The position numbers were made by a program, and so were the translations under genes. DNA of 53,839 nucleotides from Kiritimatiellia bacterium (GTDB lineage Bacteria; Verrucomicrobiota; Kiritimatiellia; CAIQIC01; Lenti-01): NCBI GenBank assembly GCA_017445365.1, contig JAFSUH010000175.1, positions 1-53,839 on the forward strand, in the 5' to 3' direction. Shown here in pieces: positions 32,689-41,525 of the stretch. How positions within the stretch are numbered: position 1 is the stretch's first letter; each line of letters starts with the position of its first letter. The notes beneath the pieces are model-generated. The model was not told where the DNA came from, ran no database searches, and worked only from the letters and a program-made list of their open reading frames with translations.

Positions 32689-34023
32689 ATGGAAAAGCAC
32701 TCTCTCATGAAACTCTACGACAAACTCGTTGCCCGCACGGAATCTTTGGCCCTTGTCGGCCTTGGATATGTCGGGATGCCCATCGCCCTCGCCTTTGCCA
32801 AAAAGGGCCTTGACGTCATCGGCTTCGACCTGAACAAGGCCAAAATCGACCTGTACAAATCCGGGAAAGATCCCACTCTGGAAGTGGGTGACGACGCCAT
32901 CCGACAAACCTCCGTCCGCTTCACGGCCGATGAAACGGAACTTCGCAACGCCAAGTTCGTCATCGTGGCGGTTCCGACGCCCGTCAACACCGACCACACC
33001 CCGGACCTCTCTCCCGTCATCGGCGCCTCCGAAATCGTCGGACGCAACCTCATCCCCGGTTCCATCGTGGTCTACGAATCTACCGTCTACCCCGGTTGCA
33101 CCGAAGACGTCTGCATTCCCATCCTCGAAAAGCAAAGCGGTCTCCGCTGCGGAACGGATTTCAAGGTGGGCTACAGCCCGGAGCGCATCAATCCCGGCGA
33201 CAAGGTCCACCGCCTCGAAAACATCCACAAGATTGTCTCCGGCATCGACGCCGAGAGCCTTGCGGAAATCAAGGCCGTCTACGACCTCGTCGTCGAAGTC
33301 GGCACCCATCCCGTCTCCAACCTCCGCACGGCTGAGGCCGTCAAGGTTGTCGAAAACAGCCAGCGCGACATCAACATCGCGTTCATGAACGAATTGGCCA
33401 TGGTCTTCGACCGCATGGACATCGACACCAACGAGGTCGTCGACGGCATGAACACCAAGTGGAACGCCCTCGGGTTCCGCCCCGGCCTCGTCGGCGGCCA
33501 CTGCATCGGCGTCGATCCCTACTACTTCACCCACGAGGCCGAAAAACTGGGCTACCACAGCCAAATCATCCTCAACGGGCGCATCGTCAACGACTCCATG
33601 GGAGCATTCGTCGCCGACGCCGCCATCCGCAAGATGATTGAAGCCGGACAAGCCCCCAAACGCTCCAAGGTCGTCATCCTCGGCCTCACTTTCAAGGAGA
33701 ATTGCCCCGACGTCCGCAACAGCAAAGTTGCCGACATCGTCGGGCGTTTCGCCGAATTCGGCATCGTCCCGCTGGTCGCGGACCCCTGGGCCGACCCCGC
33801 CGCCGCCAAAAAAGAATACGGCATCGACCTCTGCGACGTGGCGTCCGTCCACGATGCCGATTGCGTCATCGTCGCCGTCGCCCACAAGGAGTTCAAGGAA
33901 ATGGGGCTTCCCGGCATCCTGTCCATCTTCGGAAACCCCGCCGGGAAAGTGATTGTTGATGTCAAGGGCATCTATCCCATTTCCGTTCTGAACGTTTCGG
34001 GCACCCTCTGGTGGAGGCTTTGA
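32689..34023 (+). CDS. UDP-N-acetyl-hexosamine / nucleotide-sugar 6-dehydrogenase (TviB/WbpO/WecC-like)
   Basis: LALVGLGYVGMPIALAF, VPTPV, ESTVYPGCTE, GYSPERINPGD, and the catalytic GGHCIGVDPYY. The start may be 32668 (TTG) or 32707. Confidence 0.9.
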   Translation: MEKHSLMKLYDKLVARTESLALVGLGYVGMPIALAFAKKGLDVIGFDLNKAKIDLYKSGKDPTLEVGDDAIRQTSVRFTADETELRNAKFVIVAVPTPVNTDHTPDLSPVIGASEIVGRNLIPGSIVVYESTVYPGCTEDVCIPILEKQSGLRCGTDFKVGYSPERINPGDKVHRLENIHKIVSGIDAESLAEIKAVYDLVVEVGTHPVSNLRTAEAVKVVENSQRDINIAFMNELAMVFDRMDIDTNEVVDGMNTKWNALGFRPGLVGGHCIGVDPYYFTHEAEKLGYHSQIILNGRIVNDSMGAFVADAAIRKMIEAGQAPKRSKVVILGLTFKENCPDVRNSKVADIVGRFAEFGIVPLVADPWADPAAAKKEYGIDLCDVASVHDADCVIVAVAHKEFKEMGLPGILSIFGNPAGKVIVDVKGIYPISVLNVSGTLWWRL

Positions 34024-34029
34024 ATCCTC

Positions 34030-34434
34030 CTCCCAGCGCCTCCAATACCCACATGTTGTTCGACTCCACCGTCCACGCCGACGCCTGATAGGCCTCCAGC
34101 GCGCAGCCGATTGCATCCTCCAATGCCTTCTTCCCACGTTCGGTGTCCGCACGGAACTTCGCCGCGTCCATTTGCGTGAGCAACCCATGCTGATAGGAGT
34201 GGCATCCGATCTGATGGCCCGCATCACGGATTTTCCGGACAATCTCCGGATGATGGTCGACAATCCACCCCGGGCAAAAACAGGTTGCCGTGAGACCCCG
34301 CCGCCCAATTCTTTCAGGATTTGGTCTACGCCGCCATGCTAGCGGCACTCGTATTTCTCCCAGTCCAAATCCATGTACACGCAGTTGCAGTATCAATCCT
34401 CGATGTCAAACGTCAAAAGGTTCATGCACTTCAT
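34030..34434 (-). pseudogene. polysaccharide deacetylase (NodB-homology, DUF3473-like) remnant
   Basis: MKCMNLLTFDIEDWY... from 34434 hits TAG at 34341-34339. The homology then continues in another frame (ATCFCPGWIVDHHPEIVRKIRDAGHQIGCHSYQH...) and is cut off by the convergent dehydrogenase gene. Confidence 0.6.
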
Positions 34435-35005
34435 CTCTTCCGGCAATATGTTTGACGACTCTTGCGGGATTCCCGACCGCAATGCAATAGGGCGGGATAT
34501 CTTTCGTTACCAGAGAACGCGCCCCCACGATGGTTCCCTCCCCGATTGTCACTCCGGGCATGATCATGGTTTCCATGCCAATCATGCATGCTTTCCCAAT
34601 GTGGATATGCCCTTCCCGATACCCCAAATCCGCTGCATTGTCCCCCACCCGGTATCCGCGCAAGTCCCGTTGATGGCACAGCAACCGACATCCGCTTGTC
34701 ACATGGGCGTAATCGTCAATGGTGATCAAGTCGCAATGGCTCGCATCCATGCGCACGTAATCCCCAACGAACACGTTCTTCCCCACGTGGCACCCCATCA
34801 TGCGCAAGAGGCACGGCCGTAGTTTTCTCGGCAGAAGCGGTTCCAAAATGGCCCAGTCCATCATCTTTTCCAACTGCTTGATCCAAATGTTTCGAAAAAC
34901 CTGCCGGATTACCTGCCATAGGCTTACCTGCCCGTATTCCTCCTCGGAATAATGGAAACCCAAGCCTTTCAACATTCGATATGTCAAACTGGTCTGTCTG
35001 GCCAT
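34406..35005 (-). CDS. hexapeptide-repeat (LbH) O-acetyltransferase
   Basis: IGKACMIGMETMIMPGVTIGEGTIVGARSLVTKDIPPYCIAVGNPARV is typical of WbbJ/LacA-type acetyltransferases. Confidence 0.85.
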   Translation of the reverse strand: MARQTSLTYRMLKGLGFHYSEEEYGQVSLWQVIRQVFRNIWIKQLEKMMDWAILEPLLPRKLRPCLLRMMGCHVGKNVFVGDYVRMDASHCDLITIDDYAHVTSGCRLLCHQRDLRGYRVGDNAADLGYREGHIHIGKACMIGMETMIMPGVTIGEGTIVGARSLVTKDIPPYCIAVGNPARVVKHIAGRDEVHEPFDV

Positions 35006-35020
35006 GTCCTCAACCTCCTC

Positions 35021-35914
35021 TCACGCAGTGATTTTTCCTTTGTACTCTTTCATCCACGCCACCGCATCCCGGGGCGAAGCGAAAAAACACCGCACCGCCT
35101 CGCAAGCGGCCCGCAGATAGTGATGCATCTTGAAATGCACGAAAAACAAAACGCCGTGATGTCGGCAAACCACTTGCCGCCTTTCCGCCGCCGTCAGCAA
35201 CCGGAAATGCCGCTTCTTGTGCTCAAAAAGGATTTTCTGCCCCACCAGCTTTTTCTTTCCGGTGGACAACTGCCCCCCCGGATGCTGATAGTTCCGAATG
35301 TGGATTCCCGGTAGATAGCCGAATTTACCTCCGCCCATCAACGCCTTCTCCATCAAAAACCATTCCTGGCACGACGGAGCATCGTCAAATCCGCCAATTT
35401 TCCTCAGATAATCCGCCCGAAACATGAATGTGTTAGTTCCCGAAAGATGGTAGAGCAAGTGGATGCGCATCAGTTCCTCGTTCGTCATCCCTTCTTGGAC
35501 CCGCTGATGCCGTTCGCTGACCTTTTCTTCTGTCCCGTGCCGGTAGGTAGCTCCGTCCATCACCGCGAAATCCCATCCGTTCTCCTCCATCGCCTTCAAT
35601 TGCACTGCCAGCCGTTCCGGCAAATACTTGTCATCGTCATCCAAAAATGAAATATATTTTGTTTTTGCCTCGTCTATCCCATGATTCCGTGTCAATGCTC
35701 CCCCAAGGTTCCTATCGTTCAAGACATACCGGATGCGCGAATCGCTGTACCGCGACACCACCTTCCCCGTCTCCTCCCTCGTCGCACTCCCCGGCGGATT
35801 GTCGTCCACCACGATCAATTCCCAATCCGAAATCGTCTGCCCCAGCACAGACTCGATTGCCCGGGGCAAATACTCCGCACGCCCATGCGTCGGCATTACC
35901 ACACTCACTTTCAT
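35021..35914 (-). CDS. family 2 glycosyltransferase
   Basis: VSVVMPTHGRAEYLPRAIESVLGQT...LIVVDD...FLDDDD. Confidence 0.85.
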   Translation of the reverse strand: MKVSVVMPTHGRAEYLPRAIESVLGQTISDWELIVVDDNPPGSATREETGKVVSRYSDSRIRYVLNDRNLGGALTRNHGIDEAKTKYISFLDDDDKYLPERLAVQLKAMEENGWDFAVMDGATYRHGTEEKVSERHQRVQEGMTNEELMRIHLLYHLSGTNTFMFRADYLRKIGGFDDAPSCQEWFLMEKALMGGGKFGYLPGIHIRNYQHPGGQLSTGKKKLVGQKILFEHKKRHFRLLTAAERRQVVCRHHGVLFFVHFKMHHYLRAACEAVRCFFASPRDAVAWMKEYKGKITA

Positions 35915-35930
35915 CTGAAATCACCTATGT

Positions 35931-36722
35931 TTAATAATTTTTGTTTATCGCATATTGAAGTGCTTTCACGGACAACAAGGATTTTGTCTTGGGGACCAAT
36001 TTGGATGTCGAGACCGACCCCGCATCATTCAAACGCAGTTCTGGATAGTAATACACCGTAAGACCTGCTCTTTCCATCCTCTCTGCCATGTAAAGCTCCT
36101 CCCCGTATAAAAATACCGGATAGTCCAATCGGGGATAATGTTCAAAATAGCGTCTGGTCAGCAAGATAAATCCGCCGTTGCCCTCCCACACGTTTCGCGG
36201 CGTCCAATCATGGAGATATTTCTTTCGTTTGAAGATTGTATTGAGATAAAGCCATTGCAAAATCGGGAATCGAAACATCAAGCACAACCATTGCAGACGG
36301 CGTTTCGATGGCCTGTGCATCCGCAAAGGATTCCGATCCCTTCCGGAAGCGGTCAGGTACAGGCATGGCGCCACCCAGCCCACATTCTCCGTGAATTTGC
36401 AAACCGCCAGTTTTTGGAAGAAATCGTCCTGCATCACCAAATCCACGTTGGAAATCGCGACATAGTCACAAGCCGGAACCGTGGCATCCTCATTCAAAAC
36501 GGCCGCCGCAGCCCCAAAATACCCCAGATTTCCCAAAGGACGCACTTCCAGCCGCACATGCGGCAGAGTCACCTCCACTGGTTGCGGCTTCGTCGAGTTG
36601 TCGGCGACAACTACACGGACCGACACCTGCTCGCACAGCCCGGCCGCCCGGTCGATACTCTTCAGATAGGCTTCAAGTTCCGTGTAAGAATTGTAGTTCA
36701 CGCAAACGATGAGAACCTTCAT
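35931..36722 (-). CDS. family 2-like glycosyltransferase (rhamnosyltransferase-like)
   Basis: VLIVCVNYNSYTELEAYLKSI...VVADNS...ISNVD. GT-A layout. Confidence 0.7.
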   Translation of the reverse strand: MKVLIVCVNYNSYTELEAYLKSIDRAAGLCEQVSVRVVVADNSTKPQPVEVTLPHVRLEVRPLGNLGYFGAAAAVLNEDATVPACDYVAISNVDLVMQDDFFQKLAVCKFTENVGWVAPCLYLTASGRDRNPLRMHRPSKRRLQWLCLMFRFPILQWLYLNTIFKRKKYLHDWTPRNVWEGNGGFILLTRRYFEHYPRLDYPVFLYGEELYMAERMERAGLTVYYYPELRLNDAGSVSTSKLVPKTKSLLSVKALQYAINKNY

Positions 36723-36737
36723 GCCGCACCCTCCTTC

Positions 36738-37910
36738 TTACCTGCCATGCGCGTTGCCGTCCAGAATATGCTCATAAATCCGTTTGTAATCCTGGACCGT
36801 CTGTTTCCAGGACTTGCGCCCCTCATCATAGTCCGCCTCGATTGCCTTGCTCATTTGCTCCCGCATCGACGCATTGTCCAACATCATTTCCATTTTACTT
36901 GCCAAATCTTGCTCATCTCCGGGTTCCACCAGCAATCCGTACTTCCCGTCCAGCACCATCTCCGGTAGCCCTCCGACCCTTGTTGCCACTACCGGGCGAT
37001 GAAAGGCAAACGACGACATCACCACGCCACTCTGGGTCGCATCCAAATACGGAACCACCACGAACAAGGCGTTCCGTATCAGCCCGACCAGCTCCCCGTC
37101 CGGGATGAAGCAGTTCCGCACGTCATATCGGCCAGTCGCCAAATACGGCCCCAAATCCATCGGATACTGCCCCCGCCCGGCGGCAACCAGTTTGACCCCC
37201 GGAAACTTCTCGCATATCTTCCGAAAGGCCGGGAACAACACCTGAAGCCCCTTGTGCTTGGCCACCTGCCCGAAAAACAGGATATAGGGAGACCCCATCG
37301 GTCCAACGGAAGCCTCAGACACCCCCCTCAGATAGATGTAGCTACTGAGTGTGGTCGAAAATACCCGCTTGTCCCGCAACCGATAGTACTCGACAAACCG
37401 CTCCTTCTGCGCTTCGTTGAGCACCACAAAGTTCCGTAACCCAAGCACGGCTATGCGTCTGAAAATCTTGTTTTTCAGCGAATTCTCGTCGGAATGGGGG
37501 AAGGGGTCATGCATCGTCAGCACCATCCGCTCCCGCAACCGCAACAACTCCGCCGACAACAAGGTCGGAGGCCAGTTCAAATGGACAATGTCATATTGTT
37601 CCCGTTTCAACTCCTTCACCAGCTGGTGCGTTACCCAAATGGTCCGAGGATGCCAGCCGCGCGTGGCGCGGTTGACGACCCGCACCTTCCCCAAGTCCAC
37701 GAATTTCTCCAATCCCTTCAAATCGGGATAAATCGACCACGGAAAGATCCCGTTCCCCGGTGCGAACCGCTGGATGTTGATGGCCGCCCGCCGCAGGCAA
37801 AGGGGATTCAAAAGCAAATAATAAGTGATGTCCAGTTCCTGTTGCGCCACGCTCAAATACGACAAATCCACATCCGAGAAGGCGGTCGAGGAGATATAGG
37901 CAATTTTCAC
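36738..37910 (-). CDS. family 4 (GT-B) glycosyltransferase
   Basis: C-terminal FVVVPYLDATQSGVVMSSFAFHRPVVATRVGGLPEMV..GKYGLLVEPGD (EX7E-type region). Confidence 0.85.
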   Translation of the reverse strand: MKIAYISSTAFSDVDLSYLSVAQQELDITYYLLLNPLCLRRAAINIQRFAPGNGIFPWSIYPDLKGLEKFVDLGKVRVVNRATRGWHPRTIWVTHQLVKELKREQYDIVHLNWPPTLLSAELLRLRERMVLTMHDPFPHSDENSLKNKIFRRIAVLGLRNFVVLNEAQKERFVEYYRLRDKRVFSTTLSSYIYLRGVSEASVGPMGSPYILFFGQVAKHKGLQVLFPAFRKICEKFPGVKLVAAGRGQYPMDLGPYLATGRYDVRNCFIPDGELVGLIRNALFVVVPYLDATQSGVVMSSFAFHRPVVATRVGGLPEMVLDGKYGLLVEPGDEQDLASKMEMMLDNASMREQMSKAIEADYDEGRKSWKQTVQDYKRIYEHILDGNAHGR

Positions 37911-37926
37911 GGGCCACTCCCTGGTT

Positions 37927-39144
37927 TCATGTTGGCCGGGCCTGAATGGAATCCATCAAGGTCGCAACAGCGCGTCGATAATTGTCCATGCAGGCTTCCG
38001 CCCGTTCCTGCATCTGTTTCCCGACCATTTCCTTGTCAAAAGAACATAACCGCTCCATGACGGCTTCAGGACTCGGCCATGTCAGCCGCCGGAAAACGGA
38101 ATGACGGTTTCCCTCCAGCCCCAGCTCCCTTAAAAGCAGGAATATCTTGCTGTTGCGCTCATCCCGGCGGCGCAGACCATGAAGCATGCCGTAGTTGTCA
38201 AAGCTGTAGCACGGCACCGCGTTGTGCAAGGCCACGACAATGGGGTGCATCAGCATCCCGACATAGGCGGAAGCATGTCGAATCAGGCCATACCAATCCA
38301 GCGGGGAAAGCGGCAGGGGAATCCGATGATCAAGGGGCAGTCGTTGGCACCCTTCCGCCCGTGGGAACTCCACGCACGTCAAGCCCCTCCGTCCGGCCAG
38401 TTTGGAAAAATGCCGAATCCAGGTGGGGGATGCCGATGATTGGCCCTCGCCGAAGAAGGACACCAGGACATAACGCTCCGGCAAACCGTACCGTCTGCAA
38501 AGCTCCGCCTTGGAGGCGACGGGGGGGCGGTTCTGCTCCATCGCAAAAACAGGATCGGGGGTCACGGGCGGCGAGACTGCGCCGTCCGTGAAGTATTCCA
38601 CCATTTGCCGGGTCCATTCATCCCTCACGCTTAAATAGCGGAAGCGGCGCAATGCCGCCCCTATCGCATCCTTTTGGGGGGCGAAGGCATGATAAGGGGA
38701 ATTCTGCGAAGAAATGGAAAGTCCCGCATACGGCACATTTCCCTCCGGCCCGCAAGGCATCCAAAAAGGATTGGGAAAAGCATGGTCGGAAAAAACGCGG
38801 CTCTTCCGCAGTCGGCGCAACGAAAAGCGCGGGAGCATCAAATTGAAGAGGGAATCGCTTCCGACCAGAACGCCGTCCATCTTTTCATCCCGCACGGCCT
38901 GCCACACCTCTTTTTCATCCCTGCAAAGAGGCGTCATGTCGAAAAAATCCCCGGCGAATTTTTGCACGACCTCCCATTGCTCGCCGGGTATGCGTGCCTT
39001 GAATTTTTGCTCCGAATCCATCGGCCGCCAGTTGATGACGACAGGCTCGTGCCCCATGGCACGAAGACGCAGCACGCTCGCGTACGTCTGCATCTGCGCC
39101 CCGAAATTCGGCGCCCAATGATAGGTCAAAAGTCCTATTTTCAT
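37927..39144 (-). CDS. polysaccharide pyruvyl transferase family protein
   Basis: MKIGLLTYHWAPNFGAQMQTYA... N-terminus and overall size, as recalled for the PS_pyruv_trans family. Confidence 0.7.
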   Translation of the reverse strand: MKIGLLTYHWAPNFGAQMQTYASVLRLRAMGHEPVVINWRPMDSEQKFKARIPGEQWEVVQKFAGDFFDMTPLCRDEKEVWQAVRDEKMDGVLVGSDSLFNLMLPRFSLRRLRKSRVFSDHAFPNPFWMPCGPEGNVPYAGLSISSQNSPYHAFAPQKDAIGAALRRFRYLSVRDEWTRQMVEYFTDGAVSPPVTPDPVFAMEQNRPPVASKAELCRRYGLPERYVLVSFFGEGQSSASPTWIRHFSKLAGRRGLTCVEFPRAEGCQRLPLDHRIPLPLSPLDWYGLIRHASAYVGMLMHPIVVALHNAVPCYSFDNYGMLHGLRRRDERNSKIFLLLRELGLEGNRHSVFRRLTWPSPEAVMERLCSFDKEMVGKQMQERAEACMDNYRRAVATLMDSIQARPT

Positions 39145-40370
39145 GCCACTTGCGCTCCGAGTCCTTCTTCTTCCCCCCGTCGCGACGCCCGTTCCCTGTC
39201 ATACAGTCCGATCAACATCCCCCAAACTACGGCGAATACAAGCTGATAGCTCGGGTAAAGGAAAATATGGCTAACCAGCGAATTGACCAAAAAAATCACG
39301 TAGGAACACGCCATGGCCGGGGCATAGCGCGAGTGTTGCCTTGTCATGACGATGCACCGCCGAATGATTTGCGCATGCAGGAAAAGGTACAAGAGCAGCA
39401 CAAATACCCCCAAATCATACATGATTTCCAAGGGGTCGTTGTGCGCGGAGCACATCAATGGACTGTCCTTGATGACGGTGTTCCACCCATGTCCCGCAAA
39501 CCAGTTCCAAATCGGTGACTCATCGATCATGCGCATGGTTGTCTGCCAGATAAGTGTGCGCCCGCTCCCTCCTGTCTGTCCAATCTCGGTCATCCGCTCG
39601 ACGATGAGCAAGTCGCTGTTCATCACGCGATCCGCGAAAATGCCCGTCAAAACCAATGCCATGACGGCAAGCGTGGCGAATTTCCGAATTTTCTTCCTCC
39701 CCGCGTTGGCAACCAACGGCTGGCACAGCATATAGGCCGCAAGCCCCAGCAGGAAGGCCACCAAGCCCCCCCGTTTGGCCGATTGCACAACGGCAACCAT
39801 CACCAGGGCAATTCCGGACAGCCGCACCCATCGTCTGTGGTTTGCGAGCACCACGGGCAAAAAGTACAGCGGATAATAACATCCGCCAGAAACACCCTCG
39901 CCCAGATGCCGGTAATCAAGGACGATTTGTCTACTTTGAATCGCTCGGACAAACATCATGACAAGCGCTACAAAGGTTGCGGGCGCAATCCACCGCGTGT
40001 CCTTCATGCGTATGGTCAGGGAATATGCGAAGCCTATCGCCAAAAGGGGCAAAGGTATTCTTAAAAAATCAGAACGATTGGGGAAGCTTCCATTCACAAG
40101 CCAACAAAGCGACACGGCATAGGCGACAAGGACCAATGCCTGGAACAATGGGACGGGCGAGGTTCGGATGATGGGAAAGCTTTTGATGACAAACAGCCAA
40201 TAGGCCGCCATGATTGCATAGAAAAGTGGAAGACAATAGAGGGCATAGCCCGATTCCCCTGTCCATATTGCCAACGTCCGCGAGGTAATCTCGCCAAGCA
40301 TGAACACGGCAAAGCAAGCCATGAAGACCATGAAAATAAAACTGACGGTTTTCGTGTTCACTTTGTTCAA
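39141..40370 (-). CDS. wzy: O-antigen polymerase/ligase (Wzy_C) family membrane protein
   Basis: About 10 TM helices. Periplasmic loop with GSGRTLIWQTTMRMI...GHGWN...SAHNDPLEIMYDLG. Confidence 0.8.
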   Translation of the reverse strand: MNKVNTKTVSFIFMVFMACFAVFMLGEITSRTLAIWTGESGYALYCLPLFYAIMAAYWLFVIKSFPIIRTSPVPLFQALVLVAYAVSLCWLVNGSFPNRSDFLRIPLPLLAIGFAYSLTIRMKDTRWIAPATFVALVMMFVRAIQSRQIVLDYRHLGEGVSGGCYYPLYFLPVVLANHRRWVRLSGIALVMVAVVQSAKRGGLVAFLLGLAAYMLCQPLVANAGRKKIRKFATLAVMALVLTGIFADRVMNSDLLIVERMTEIGQTGGSGRTLIWQTTMRMIDESPIWNWFAGHGWNTVIKDSPLMCSAHNDPLEIMYDLGVFVLLLYLFLHAQIIRRCIVMTRQHSRYAPAMACSYVIFLVNSLVSHIFLYPSYQLVFAVVWGMLIGLYDRERASRRGEEEGLGAQVA

Positions 40371-40431
40371 TGCGTCATAAAGCTATGGCTTCAAAATCAT
40401 TCGGCGTGCCAGAAAGAATAGACAGGCGATT

Positions 40432-41511
40432 TCATCGCGGAGCAACATGTTTAGGATAATCAATACCTAAGCGTCCAACTTTCATCGGATCATTATCTTT
40501 CAAAGGTACAACCTGCCCACCATACATTCCTAAATCAAACGTATATTCATACTGGAATCCAGAGGAAAGTATCAACGCCCCCTTCGTTCCCCCGCATCTG
40601 GTCCCGATGAAGCAAGAGCATTTTGAGAGCAGATAGATTGCGCACAAGTATTCTAGTCCTGCCTGAAAACGTGTCTCGCTACTTTGTGCAATTTGCATTT
40701 TTTGGTAGGCTAAAGGCTTCCCATCCGGCAATTGGCTTCGTTTTATCCTGGTTTGCCGATTCACGATGAGCCGTTCCCCGAAAACAGCATGGAAATCGGA
40801 GTAAACATCTTCATCTTCCGTAGCCAAAAACAATGTCTCACACCCGTGCTCGGTCATGACATTTTTTGCTTTTTGGATGACTTGTTGCGAAGTCGGCGGA
40901 ATTGGATGATTTTTCGGGCGCATTGTGAGATAATCTGTCCCACGGCAGAGTACGCCTAGCGTTTTGACTCCACCATTTGGAAGGAGTGATATTTGTTCTT
41001 CAAGGTAGGCCTTCACAAAACTATCGTAACGGATGTACTTTGAAAAAAAAGAACGAAAATATTGGATGCGAGACTTGTCATTATAGAAATTGCCCATGAA
41101 GTGTTCGCGATCGGGAGCTGGATATCTTGCTGCAAGAATCACATTTTTACTTTTGTAAACATCATCTAGACTATAGCCAAATGGTTGTTGAAAATATTTC
41201 TCCCAAACATTCACCTTTCCGAGATCATTTGGTCCCGTATATTGGGTTCGATAATTTTTGTAATCAATGACCGGAATATATCCAGCTTCAACAGCAAAGG
41301 AAATATGCATTAGCGCTTTATTAAGCAGCCAAAAAATTCCACCAGCTGTATCATTAAATCCTATAACATAGAATGTTTTGTCTGGGTTTTCATGTCCATA
41401 ACTCCGCATCTTTGCACGCCGTAAAAACTGTGACCAAGCCCGAAATATCACCGTTCTTGTCCCCAATGAAACAATCTTTCGCGGGATGAATCTTTTGGAA
41501 TTTGCTTTCAT
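40432..41511 (-). CDS. hypothetical glycosyltransferase-like protein with fucosyltransferase-type motifs (low-GC gene)
   Basis: In-frame ATG (MKANSKRF). VLCRGTDY, LFLATEDEDV and IGTRCGGTKGALIL resemble the three motifs of the fucosyltransferase superfamily. Sampled 60-nt lines are 32-35% GC. Confidence 0.45.
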   Translation of the reverse strand: MKANSKRFIPRKIVSLGTRTVIFRAWSQFLRRAKMRSYGHENPDKTFYVIGFNDTAGGIFWLLNKALMHISFAVEAGYIPVIDYKNYRTQYTGPNDLGKVNVWEKYFQQPFGYSLDDVYKSKNVILAARYPAPDREHFMGNFYNDKSRIQYFRSFFSKYIRYDSFVKAYLEEQISLLPNGGVKTLGVLCRGTDYLTMRPKNHPIPPTSQQVIQKAKNVMTEHGCETLFLATEDEDVYSDFHAVFGERLIVNRQTRIKRSQLPDGKPLAYQKMQIAQSSETRFQAGLEYLCAIYLLSKCSCFIGTRCGGTKGALILSSGFQYEYTFDLGMYGGQVVPLKDNDPMKVGRLGIDYPKHVAPR

Positions 41512-41525
41512 CTTGCACTCTCCAA

